A program made the translations under genes and the position numbers. Positions 31,669 to 44,206 of a stretch of 56,101 nt of DNA are shown here, piece by piece (within the stretch, counting starts at the first letter, position 1; every line of letters starts with the position of its first letter). This DNA is from Bigelowiella natans CCMP2755 (taxonomy: Eukaryota; Protista; Cercozoa): positions 1 to 56,101 of the forward strand of contig ADNK01002448.1 in NCBI GenBank assembly GCA_000320545.1, given 5' to 3'. The notes beneath the pieces were generated by a model, which saw only the letters and a list, made by a program, of their open reading frames with translations, was not told the origin of the DNA and made no database searches.

Positions 31669-32086
31669 AAATGTTTATTTAGACTGATAAACATAGCGTA
31701 GTTATTTCACGTGTAATGATTACTAACCTCTGTCGCGCACAACGCCTGTGGGGATGCAGGCCGTCAATGAATGTGTACACGACGGATCTCTATCGTTCTG
31801 ATGGGGCAGCTTCCAAAAAGGCGAGAGAAAGTTTGTTGGCAACTCCGGCGGCAATTGTGTACACAGATGGATTGTATCCCCATGGAAAACTGATGATTCT
31901 CACAGAAAAACAGGTGCACTGAAAGACAAATGATTGTAAGCACATCATGGAAATCATGGCCTCTCCCACCGTTCAATTTTGCCACTTCATCGTCGCAATT
32001 TAACTGGTTCTTACGATGGGTTTCAACAGGTCACTGTTGATGTCCCTGAAGACGATCAAGAGCTAGAAGCTGAATTCGAGCTGTGA
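20651..32086 (+). CDS. N-terminal kinesin motor protein fused to an alpha/beta-hydrolase domain and a C-terminal transglutaminase-like (Cys-His-Asp) domain
   Basis: Kinesin motifs YGFDYVF, YGQTGTGKTFTM (~21696-21732), NSTSSRSHAI (~23195), LVDL|GSER, INLSL, IIPYKDSKLTYLLK|DSLGG and IIATISP. Hydrolase motifs GLHGYP (~25396), IDMPGCGLS (~25872), VYGYDW|GGGI (26326-26463) and TPTLLMW..ED. Distal motifs GQGHCHTVSSVMAAFL (~31061), HQWLEF (~31557) and TDLY (~31780). Stop TGA at 32084-32086. Kinesin is certain; single-gene continuity is inferred from in-frame linking exons. Confidence 0.75.
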
Positions 32087-32945
32087 AGGCAACAGCTGCA
32101 ACGAGAACTGATGTGCATCGAATCCATGAGCGGGACAAAGTGAAAACCATGCGCTTTTGGGTGTTTGGCTGTCTAGCTGTTGAGCTGCCGCAAGCTAGCA
32201 AGCAAAGCGAAATTCTGCATGCGGTTTTTTGTCACATGTGTGCACAGCCCAGCAGTGTTGATGCGTGCTGGCGCAATGTGCTTTGCACTTCATCGATGTG
32301 ATCTAGGTGATGGCAAAGCTAGAAGGTTGCAGCTTGTGTCTGTTCTGAGGTGCACTGTCTGCGTGCTGTGCACGACTTGACGACTTGATGCATGCCAGCA
32401 TGGATGGTCCTCACAATGCGTGCAAATGCCTGCTAGCCTGTCTCCCATGTGGTTCTGGCGCATGTAGTTTTGATCAACGCTTTGATTTTCTTCATTGTTC
32501 ATTGTTCATTGTTCACAATGAACGTGCTCAGACTGACAGATGCGCCAGTCACGATGATTGTCACGATTGCACAATGCACACATCACGGAAGTTTCCAAAT
32601 TGAACGAAACGATCCGTTCATCACGTGTCCCATCAATCCCTCACTTTGCGTTCTGGTTGGCGCGCAGCTAGACAGTTCCAGCAGTGATGTCCACTCTGGC
32701 ACCTTTTGGCCATCACCAGAGGTGTTCAATTTGTTTGTTTCACGAATCGTGAACGCCTTGTCAGCTTGTGTGAACAAACGCGTCAGTGGGAACAATGAAC
32801 AATGAACAATGAACAAAGCGTTGATCAAATCTGCATGCGCCAGAACCACATGGGAGACAGACGTTTGCATGCAGCAGAGCCTCAACAACACTCGTTGCAA
32901 GGACTTGTCAGCACCCTGCTAGCCTGTTGGGAGGCAAGTGAGCGT
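32015..32945. other. TpA-depleted, CTAG-retaining island 4
   Basis: About 930 bp with 9 TA (8 CTAG, 1 GTAG). Several dozen would be expected from base composition. Confidence 0.92.
32438..32860. mobile_element. Putative MITE or foldback element, ~420 bp, with ~75-bp imperfect terminal inverted repeats containing (TTCATTG)3
   Basis: 32438-32513 (CTGTCTCCCATGTGGTTCTGGCGCATGTAGTTTTGATCAACGCTTTG...TTCATTGTTCATTGTTCATTGTTC) is the near reverse complement of 32790-32860. No clear TSD and no transposase. Confidence 0.6.
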
Positions 32946-33281
32946 TTAAACATTGGACCGTCCTCCCGAGTGCTGACCACTTTCGAAGCTCCGAAAAGAT
33001 ATTTCAGACCTACTCGCATCCACCAAATGATCTTGATCCCTGCACAAGAGTCGATTTTTAATGAACGCCTGGGACCTCAGCAAGGATTTCTGAAGAAATG
33101 CAGTAGCATTCCGTCCCCTTCCGCAGAGACGTCGCGATTCTTAGATGACATAAGAGGCAGAAAGGAATGTCGCAGAGGTGGAAAGGATTGCGTTTCACTT
33201 AAATTCTAAACCCAGAAAAGGAAACACCTATCGTGTCCTCCTCCCCTGCCCTGGTCACCTCATCTCGCCGTAAAGGAAAAC

Positions 33282-34320
33282 ATGTGCCTCACTCCTGGCT
33301 CCGCCCCTCTTCCTACCAATGATCCTACCTGCGCTTATTGGAGAAAAATTGTGATGGGCGTGCTCGTGGTGCACTTTTTCCTCATAATTTTAGATATCAT
33401 CTGGTACGCAATTACCCTGTGTTTGCATGCTTCCTTATGGCTAGCACCAGCAATTCGCGTCCATTCTTAATTCTTTCATACATTCATCTCCTCCACGCAC
33501 CTTTTTTATCCTTCTTATGTTACATTATATTTTCTCTCCCAATTTGACATTTTAATTTGCGGAGGGAGGACGGCTATCTGGAAGCAGAAATAATTTTCCC
33601 CGCATATCTGATACACGTTCCTTCGTCCCCCCTCCTCATTTCCTCCCCATCTTCTTCTCTATTTTCTAGTTTCTCATGGTGGGATGCGCTTATGGACGTT
33701 CTTGCAGCATCGCTTTGTTATTGTGCAATCAAAGACGAGGGACAATACGAAGTTTCGGTAGCCGTCCATTCAACTTATAAATATTTTTTTTTGATGGAAA
33801 CATCGAAAGATACATTCTCACGATTCTGTATTTTTTTTTAATAAATACAATAAATCCGGAGTAACCGCATAAGTGTTATTCTGATTTGGGGGATTTACTA
33901 ATACCCGAAGCGCGTTGCTAACACTACTCATTCAGAAGAGATGTAGAGCAGATTTAGATCATATAATGATAACGGAGATTTTAACAAACAAAAGAAAATG
34001 AACGATAAGATAATAAATGGGGAACCTGAAAAAGTAATGGTTGCGTATTCTCAAAAACTACGTGATCGTGTGAAGATGATCATCAGTATTTGGAATCTGT
34101 ATAAGTTACATGACGAAGACCCGACTTTTTTAATGAGAACATCCATTATAATCTTTTAGTGATCCCTTTGTATGCTTTTCTTTGCCGTCCTTCTCCTTGA
34201 ACTTTCTGGCCAGCGTCTCTTGTGCTACGTAATGTTCATGATCTTCGATTTTGTCTTCGCTGGCGTGAAATGCTGTCTTTTCTTCTCGGTAAACCAGAAC
34301 TAGAACGCAAAGAACACACA

Positions 34321-34352
<32 letters not shown>

Positions 34353-35184
34353 TCCACACACGGCCACTGACGCTTATACTTCACTTCTCTTTCATACCAT
34401 CCCTTGATTATTTCTCTCATCTCCCTATCTCTCCTCCTCTTCAGGGGGTGGCACCCTCTCCTACAGGTAGCAATAAGGACTGGCGTTGGTACGCGTATGC
34501 TGTGCTATGCGCGGGCGGCACGGCCTTTTATTTTCTGGGTGGAGCGATTGCTTACAAGCTGTACAAGAGTCTGAAGGCAGTCTTTGAACCTGGAGAGGGC
34601 GGGGCTATCGTCGGTGGCCCTGGAAATGACGCTCCTGCTCAAGGTATGAATGGATTGACGATGAGATCGATTCCTTCTCCTTTTCCGGTGCAGAGTGGGG
34701 TTAAGCCAAGAAGCCGTTTGTTGTGTTGCAGCTACCATTCACTTAGTGATTTAGAGACTCAAATCGGTGAAGAGAATTCTTGCAGAGCTTCTCTCTCTAT
34801 CTCTTTCGCCCTCACCTATTTATTTTTTGTCTTTCTCTCCGACTCTATCACCACCACAGGCGGTGGATATTTTGGAGGATATCGATCAGTTCCGAATAAC
34901 GATGTTGAAGGAGGGGGAGGGAACAGTGGCGATGGAGGTAGTATACGCCTCCCACACATGGAGTTCACGTTTACTTTGCATATACGAATGCTGCCGATGC
35001 ACAGTGCCCTGATATGTATAAAATCGCGTTTTTTGCCAATCTATTCATGTCGATTGTTGGCGCGGTCTTCAGATGATAATGATAATAATAACTGTAACGA
35101 TAATAATTAAAAATGTGTTGTGTAATTAGGATTCAAGCCGTTCCAAGGCCAGGGACACACTCTCGGGGCAAGGTACGATACATG

Positions 35185-35227
<43 letters not shown>

Positions 35228-35457
35228 TGTATCTGTATGCATGCAAGTGAAAGCACGCGTATGATGTTTATGATGATAATGATGATGACGGTGCGTTCGT
35301 CTCCACCAGGTCGAGTGGTAGTCGTTCTTCGAGGCCCACGGGATCAACAGCGGCAAATGCCAGTGCATCCGTGAACAGTCGGCAGCCTCAACGACGTGTT
35401 CCACAGCACGTTCTCGAGAAGATGGAGAGGAGGGCACGCGGAGAAGCCAAAGAATAA
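33282..35457 (+). CDS. Small ~4-TM membrane protein with a Gly-rich tail and an SHP box (p97/Cdc48-binding motif)
   Basis: TM exons IVMGVLVVHFFLIILDIIW, WWDALMDVLAASLCYCAI, LLCYVMFMIFDFVFAGV and YAYAVLCAGGTAFYFLGGAIAY; micro-exon GFKPFQGQGHTLG (35130-35170) matches FxGxGxxLG; stop TAA at 35455-35457. Confidence 0.7.
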
Positions 35458-35844
35458 CATTACCAGGCACAGCATCGTGATAAATCTATATTTTATGTAT
35501 ATGTGAGGGAGGCTGCGTGTATGTTTGTATCGACATCGAGTCGCCCAAAAGGAAATACTCCGTATCCGTGTGCTCAACGTTTCACCACTCTTTGTTGCTG
35601 CACACTACCTAGGCCCATGTGCGAATGCATACACCAAGTACCACGAAACTAACAAAGCATATTAGTCTAGCTAGCAGTACCAAGCTATCGCCCAATCTAG
35701 CAATCGAGAGTCATGATCGTATGCCAGATAATGGGCGCATGAGATAAAACCTAGAAATAAAACACCGTGCGCACTGTATTGTTTACTTCATCGCAATAAT
35801 GCAGCTGACGTACAGTGTGTGGACAGTGACTATAACATGTATGC

Positions 35845-36270
35845 GCGCGCTAGCGCGTCCCTCATGCGAGACAGTGCGCTGCTGACCATCTAGCTATGTA
35901 GCTGACAGCGCGCTAGCTAGCTAGCTAGCAACAACTAAAACAATGCGACATCATAGCTGCAGACTCATGCAAGCTAGCAAGCGACGCATGCAACAAAATG
36001 AGTTGCTGATGATGAGACTGGCTATGAGCTGGCTAGCTGGATTTCCTCAACGCACTGTGGTTGTGCAAATTGGTGAATCTAGCTAGCTGGTGAATGTGAC
36101 GATGAGCTAAGCTACTAGCAAGCGACAACCTCGAACTCATCACAACATGGGCTCATCATGTTGCTCTGCAATGACTGCTAATAAACGCATGTGGCATCCA
36201 CTACAGGTACATTTCCAAAGTGATGCATGACAATCGAATCGAAATGCCAAGCTAGCATGCAAACGCGCAG
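35845..36270. other. TpA-depleted, CTAG-retaining island 5 (partially converted)
   Basis: 35845-36175 has 11 CTAG, 7 half-protected TA and no fully exposed TA. Confidence 0.85.
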
Positions 36271-36479
36271 ACAGAACACATTTGGACCTACATTTGACCT
36301 TAAAATACCCAATGTTAGGAATTAGAAAATTACATGAAGATGAAGAACATTCAAGGAAGTCAGATGAATCATGGAAAGTATTTCTGTGATATTTTGCCGA
36401 TAAAATTCTGTCGAATTGGTGAATAGCTGCGAGCACTGAGAGCTCCCTAAGTAGCCTGTCGGCCCCGAGGAAGACAGTG

Positions 36480-37717
36480 ATGGCGGATGACACTTCTTCC
36501 ATCATGGCCGCACGGGGTTCGTTCCTCAAACTCTCCCGCCCCGCCTTAATTGCTATTTGCAACCTCCTTGAAATGGAGGACCTCGGAAGGTCGATATTCC
36601 CCCCCCCCCCCCCCCACCCCCATCGCCTCTTTTCGGGTCAACACTTTTAACTCGGACCTCTTGCAGACTGGCAGCAGTAGGGAGCAGCTTACACCAACTA
36701 CTTGCATCGAACAATGTAGTGTGGAGATCAGCTGCTAATCTGGTTATTTCCCGTAGCTCTCTAACGGATGTCGCCCACTCTCAACAGCAAAGCTCTTTCG
36801 GGCACCATGGCCGCAGCAGTAGCAGCAGCAGCTACGATATTAACGAGCACAGCTGCGATACGAAGAGGAAGAAGCAACTCGTCTTCGACAAAAGCAAGAA
36901 GAGAACACGGGAAATTTCTGAACACAGCAGCACCGTCGATTGGAAGAATCGAGGTTTGGAAGCGCTTCTACAGAGTACAAGCAGAAGAATCACACGTCTT
37001 GCGGCTCAGAGGCTAAAGTTGGAAATTAGGGAGGGAAAGGAGCAGGAAATGCTCAATCGACTAATTCAGAAGAAAAATACGATCTACGAAACCTACGCCA
37101 AGAACCTTGCAACATACAATCAACGCAAACGCACTGAAGACAGGGTAAGAATGCGCATTCTACGTCACGCGCGTGTGTCTTTCTCACGGTGGTAGTATCT
37201 ATCTGCGGTTAGAGATTGACTCAATATCAACTTGCAGAATCGGGCAGCGGAGGTGTCAAGTATTGTTTCGAATCTCTGGCATCCTAGGGGCGTTTCTCAG
37301 AAGATAGGCAGCTTCTGGGTCAACAGGGCCATCAGCAGTGTCCCCCCGCTCAAACCCGAGGACATGCACTACCGTACAGCTACGCTCAAGCGCCAAACTG
37401 TTTTATCAAAGGTAAGCACAGAAATAGGGTTGTTTTCAATGCTTTCATAACCGTTCAAGTTTTCCTCATTGCATGCATTTCCAAGCTTTGTAGGGGTTGA
37501 TCACTGGTGGTTATGCTTTCCTCGAAGTCATTCATGGCAGTAGTCTTGACAGTTCCATTGATAATATTAGATCAGGATTTCTATAGATACACTCTGGAAG
37601 CAAATATCATTCCTCAAGTGCAAAAAGGAGTCAATCAAACTATGCTTAAAGGTGGAGAGGCGGCTGCACAAGAATAGGAAGATAACGAAGCAGGGTTCTT
37701 CTGGGCTGCGGTCGTGA
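36480..37717 (+). CDS. F-box protein with a coiled-coil C-terminal region
   Basis: Spliced N-terminus FLKLSRPALIAICNLLEMEDLGR|LAAVGSSLHQLLASNNVVWR fits the F-box pattern; four in-frame exons; stop TGA at 37715-37717. Confidence 0.65.
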
Positions 37718-37949
37718 GAGCTCCACCTTCCGAACTTCGCATAAAAGATAAAGAATTATGCCATAAGGAGTAAACATAAAGTGTAGAAATATGGCTTTAG
37801 GGCTTGGCGTTAGTGCTCTGGCCTGTAAATGCTGCGCAAAAACAGAAATTTTGCCAGAAAGAATGGGAGAAGAGCGCCGTTTTCACCGTAGCAATTTTAA
37901 ATGTTCTCCGAGAATTATGAGTCTATGTAAGAACTGGCTACTATAGTGC

Positions 37950-38400
37950 CTTTTGCATCTGCGCTGCAGCGACATCTTGCGCTGCTTCACATTCTAGCAT
38001 TGTCATCGCTACCTGGTATCCTGCTGCGTCATCTAGATCCTCACATCATCGAACTGCGCACACGCGACTGCGCGACGCGATGCATGCCTTAGCTAGCTTA
38101 GTCTAGCTAGGTAGGCATGCGCATATCTAGACATGTACACGTCTAGACGTGCACCTCCACCCATCTAGACATTCACATTGCGCGCACTCTGCGAACTAGC
38201 TAGCTAGATCGAGCTAGCGAGGGTTAGTTAGCTAGGCTTTTTTTTGGTAGTAGCCGCTAGAAATAATGGAATTCATTTTGTTTGCAGAGTTTTTAAACAT
38301 CTAGCTAGCTAGCATTACATTTAGATGTCATTGAACTTTTGCGTGATGGCATGCTAGCATGCGATGCATGCCAGCATGCGTGTCTACTATCTAGATGTCT
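37950..38400. other. TpA-depleted, CTAG-retaining island 6 (convergent 3' ends, partially converted)
   Basis: 37950-38220 has about 12 CTAG, 4 half-protected TA and 3 other TA. Confidence 0.8.
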
Positions 38401-38747
38401 AAATGCATCAGATGTAAATCTTGATAGTACGTTTTCTTGGTACATGCTATGAAGCATGGATTGCTAGGATCTAACGAAATCGGCAATCGGCAATGAGCTG
38501 CATGTTTAGGTGTGATGATTAATGACCGATCCAGCTGACTAGCGATATAGGATTGCCTCATACATGTAATAAATCTAGACACCAGTATTATCTAAAACAC
38601 ATGATAAAGCCTAGATATAGCATACACATAACTTCTCTTATTCGTTCATACTCAAGTTGCAATTTCGTTTAGAAGTTCTTAAAGTCGAACATTTGTTGTT
38701 ATTGATGAGGTTTCTTCTCTAAACGCAGGACACCTCTGACATTCCAA

Positions 38748-41700
38748 TCATTTCATCTTATCCCTCCCAGTCATTTTTAGCGCTAGAATAGTCAGTCCCT
38801 GTCGCATCATATTATAAAGTGGACATCGCCGATTAGAATCATCGCATAAGCTTCATTTAAAAATGAATGTGTGCTAGAAATAGCTCAATTTACCCAATAG
38901 AATAGCCCAATGAGCATGATAGCGCCAATATCAATCGTAAAGTTGTCAAGGTTATATCCATAAAAGTCAAGTCGGTCTTGAACATCCAAATAGTCGGCGT
39001 AGAAGTTTATCTCGTTGATGTAGAAAGCTTCGTTGCCCCAACGGAATGGACTCATCTGAAATTCGGAGGAGATAAACCACACACAATGCGCAAATAAATG
39101 CACATTAACTATGCACGTAATAGCACTCAGCTGCCCTGCCCGAGTATACTAGCAATCGTGATATCACTGCGCGATGAATCTACCTGGAACAACCACTGAA
39201 GAAACGGATCCAACGAATCTCGGTCCTACAGATATGATGATTACGAAAATGATGTCGATCATGGTGGCAGGATTATACATATTGTTGAATACGCATATTT
39301 GTGTTTGGTCGCTATCACAAGCGAAAACTATCTTAGGAGTGAGATAAGTGAGGTGCAGACGAGAGACGGGTAAAGTAAAATAGAGGCTGCTAGCCCCTAT
39401 TTTTACCGAGAGACTTGTGACGGTTCCGCCGAAAGCAATTGCCCAAAATAACGTCCACACCACGCCAATGAGGGGGATTGCTCCATATGGCAAGAGAATC
39501 GAGAGGAAGTACCTGACGGTGATGATATTAAGGTTGATTATGATACTATGATCGATTGGATGTATAGTTTCCATTCATCATAGATTTAGCACGGTATCGC
39601 TTTTTGTTGACGAAAACATCATCATCGTCATTAAAATTATCACTATTTTTATGCTGTACCCTTGCGCGAAAAAGCAGAAGTATATAGCGATGAGGAGGCC
39701 GAATACGTTGCCAGCACTCCCGACAGTAAAGAACTAATGCGATATACATTAGAGATGCAGATGAGACGATACCACCCCACGAATGCGTGTTTGGTTGCGA
39801 GATAATTTTCGTCTTTGGCATCATCTGCTCACACTTCTAGTATTACTACTACTACTACTACTACTACCACTATTACTACAGCTACTACAACAACTTCGTC
39901 TAGAAAATACCTGCACAAAGAAAAGCACAGTTGTTAAAATGCCTGCGAGCCCTGCCTTTGGTAGATCTGCTAGTACCTAGGGTGCGAAACAGCCAATGAT
40001 GAAACAATGAATGGGCGGGGGGCGGGTATGAATGAAATGGACATTAAGTCGAAGTTTAACTATCTACCTGGTCGTCACCTACCATCTTACACATTCACCT
40101 AGCAACCCCAACAATAACAGCAGTACCTTGGCAAAAAAATACGGCAGTACTGGTAGTCCAGTAGAAGCCTGTCGATAAAATATAGTCCGCTCTGCGCCGA
40201 ACGTGCTTGACCCCATTGTAATACCGGCAAACCCGGAAGCTATCAGCAGGAAGTTCCCAACCGCTTGGTATCCATCAGACACCGGTTGAGTACAGCTTCC
40301 GATTTGCTGCGCAGGCGACAAAACTTCGCACACCTCTGGTTCGATTCGACCAACAAATGCCAGTCCATTCGCACTCGCTGAGACCAGAAGGCCAACTGCC
40401 ACTGGCAACACTAAATCGCCCATAAAGTCATCAAATACTCCATACGTTTGCTTGAATGCGCGGCCGAAGCAGAGGTAAAGCAGATAGAAGAAGTTCGGCT
40501 GCTCTCTCGTGGGATGATCATAGCTTGGGTTAAAGTAACACGACGTCGCCTTCACCCAATCATACATCTCTGGAAGAAGGCCGCTATCCGGGCTGATCCA
40601 GTAGCGGTAGTATTCCACGGAGACCACGTAGAAGAACCTTTGGGAAATATCGCCAAAGGACTTGCAGAGGTTGGAGAGAGCACCTTCTCCTTGCTGCTTC
40701 CTCTTTTCCTCCTCCAGCTTCGCTCTTGTTGACATTTGCCTTTTTAGCGTGTCTTGGTTTGTTTTCTTGATAGCCTCTTCCATAGCCTTGATATAATATT
40801 CTTTAAGCTCAGGGTCGGCCTCTTTCGCTTTCTCATGAGCTTTCCAAAGCCCTGATTGTTGATGGATGAAGGCATGTGACACCACGACGATGATCAGTAA
40901 ATATGGTATTGGTTAAGAAGGGAAACAATGTTGGAAATGATCTCATTCGTACGATGTTATATGTTCTAATGAATTATATATAACTATGATAGGATACCGC
41001 TTAAAATAGCTGCACACAACACACGGGCACATTTACGTGCTTTATTTACATATTCATATTGCGTTACATTCTATCATTACATGAAAATGTTTGACGCGAC
41101 AACAAAGACACCACAATATTCTTAAGCATCTGGTCACCCACCAAAAAGGCCGCTCCAATGAAAGTTGACTAGTTTCTTGCTTTCACGCCTTCCCATAGAA
41201 ACTTCCAGGAAAAAATCGGCCGGGTTTTGGTTGGGTGGCTTTTGAAATCCAAGAAGTTGAAAATATGGCAGGCACCTTTCACGCTCCCCCTAAGTCGAGA
41301 AGTGAGATAACAGAGGAAGCAGTAGTGGTAGTAGTTTAGCAGTGGTAGAAGTAGAAGGATATGTAGAAGTAGCATTACAATAGGGAAGAGGATAAAAAAA
41401 GATTAGGGAAAAACTGTAAGAAATTGTACTAAATCGCCATTATTGTCTCTCTCTCCTTCCCTCTACCAACCTACTAATGGAAAATATTGGTTTCTCTCTT
41501 TTAATAACTACCATATAAATCAGTTGGCCACCACGCCCCAACAAACAAAAGTCATCAAACTGCTCGAATGTCGATTGCGAGGGGGAGTGAATGACGGCGG
41601 CAGCGGTCAGTTGCTCAGTGTGACATAAGAACTTCAGAGTTCGGCACAAATCCAATGCTGTTGACGCATCCAGCCTTTTACCATGTACAACCAAAACAGC

Positions 41701-44170
41701 AAACCGATAATAGAAATAGTAAGGCAAGGTAATGAATTAGATTGTAATATTAATTTACTACACACCCCGTTGTTGGCTCATCGAGAAATAAAACCGACGG
41801 ATTTGATACCAGCTGTGAAGTTAGTACGTCATTTGGTAAGCATGCGAGCTGTATATAGCCGCTAATCTAAGTGTGCTGGCGACTTTTTCACAGGAAGAGT
41901 GTGATTGAGAGAGGGAAGAGGCTGCTATCAGCCATGTAACAATCACATGCAATGATATAGCGACTACACGTAATCTCTCCGGGTAAAGTTTTATCTGTAA
42001 CTTCTTTTTCTTTTAAATCTTACCTCCAAGCCCACATTGACCCTCTTTCGTTGCCCCCCAGAGATGCCTCGGCGCCTCTCGTCGCCAATGATCGAATCAG
42101 CAACATGGCCGATCCCGAGGGTGTAGATATACTTCGCCACCAGATGGTTCACCTCGTCTTCCTTCATTGTGCTCGGCAAACGGCGTCTGGCAGAGAAGTT
42201 GAGTACATCTGTGACAGTCGCGCTTCGGAGCTGTATTTATAAATTGTTCCGGAGAGGAGATGAGGAGACAGAAGCAATGATGTATTTATATATTTATGAC
42301 GATGCCGAAGACCCTCCCCTTTCCTCCTCATCTTTTCTCCTCCATCTTGAAGCAACAACTACTACTTAAAACCAAAGGTATTATTCGTAATTCGTTGCAT
42401 CATTTTTATCATCCTACTTATCACTATCATTACAATTACCATCACCATCATAACCATTTTCTTCATATTTTTTCTGAATTCGCACCATAACGTCTTCTTG
42501 GGGAACGAATCCGACTAATCGCTTGTAATTCGATAGTTCGTCCTCCTCCTCATTCAGCAATACGCGCCCTCCCGTGCGCTTGGCCTTCCCTGTAATCAAG
42601 TTGAAAAGCGTCCTAGAAAAATAGGAAGTGAGGAGACAGCAAGGCCTTAATTTCCCGAAGACACACAGGAATTTTTCACATGCTAGTTTCGCAGCTGATA
42701 GCAATGGTCATTATAGTCATGATCACGCTTTTGCCTAATTTTATAAAATTTTAAAAGTCGATTGGTATACGTTTTCCCAGCTCCAGACGGGCCCATAATA
42801 GCGCATAGACGTCCTTCTTTGAACTCCCCCGAAACCCCTTGCATGATTGTGAATCCATCTGGAAGCCTGTATTCCAAATCCTCGAAGCGAATAGTGAAAT
42901 GAAGCTCCTGCAATAAATAATTGTTAGTTCTACAATGGCTGAGGTCAGATCATAGAGTACTTGTCTGCGACTTGCAAACGTCTCAACAATTTTTCTAAGT
43001 CAAATATCAATCACGTATGATGATAATATTGATTATGGCGATGAATGCTCCAATCAAAATTGTATGAATATGGTATGGAATAGACCGCATCATGCAATAA
43101 GCACACCAATTATCTGTCTGAAGCAGTCCTTACCTTCTTAATAGCTTCTTCAGCTGCCTGATTAATGTTTTCGAGATGCTGCTCGACTTTATTCTTGAAA
43201 GTAGCCTCGCTCTTGGTGGGCAAGATTTTCCCTTTACCAGGAATCACTACATTTTCCATCGTAGTAGAAGTAGTAGTCGAATTTGGCGTGGCAAGTCCAA
43301 AGTTTGGTTGTTGTTGTTTTATCTCCTGCTGCTGCTGTTTGCTAAAGCTGCCATCGTTATCATCATCGAGTTTGGTCTTCGCCTCCGCCGTCCCTTTCTT
43401 CGATATAGTATTCTGCGTGGTGTCGATTTTACACAACGACGTTGACGAAGACCGATTAAGAATCACCAAACATTGCTACCGTGCAATACTGCAATATAGG
43501 CTGATGTTACTTGTGTCGCTTCTATAGTAGGTCATAAGCCATGGCATCCACATCATTAGCAATAATGATAATAGTAAAAATAAATGAAAACAGCAGGAGT
43601 CTCTAGATCGAGTATATCGGGTCTTAGGTCAAAACTCAAAGTGTATGCGGAAACTAAGCTTGAACGCTGGGAAGTATTTTAGGAGAAGTTCAAACCATCT
43701 TAATGTCTTCGTTTGCTTCACTCACATCGGGAATCTGAAAGTTCTGAGAATACAATGAATGAGGGGAGATGTGATGTTCGTCCTTCTGTGAGATAGATTA
43801 ATCGTTTATTTTGTACCGATTTGCTAATGCTTCCTGCAGTGATAGAACTCCCCTTATCGCCGTTCTTTTCATCGCCAAGGAGCCTCTTTTTCCCAGTGCT
43901 ACTATTGATTTGAATCCCAACCGACCCTTTCTGGAGAAGCATTTGTCTTGTTCGCTCATATTCAAGCCGCTTAGCGGACCGTGCCCGCTCTTCCGCCTCG
44001 ACTTCGCGAATCATCTCTAGGTATATGTCCTCCTGAGATGAAAATGTTAACAGACAAGAGTAAAAATCTAAGAGAACATCGATGTCAATAGTTGCATATT
44101 TGTGATGATTTTTCTTGCTGTTTTGAAAGAGATTCAGCACACGTGAAGATTAGGAAAAACGTTGTGCGTA

Positions 44171-44206
<36 letters not shown>

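Noticed and set aside
32491-32514. (TTCATTG)3 and other short tandem repeats as a CRISPR array or telomere seed
   Set aside because: No spacers, no cas genes, eukaryotic context and not a telomeric motif. It is part of the inverted-repeat arms.
32015-32945. CpG-methylation decay or fungal-type RIP as the explanation for TG/CA richness
   Set aside because: Those processes deplete CpG or CpA and create TpA. Here CpG and CpA are plentiful and TpA is what is missing.
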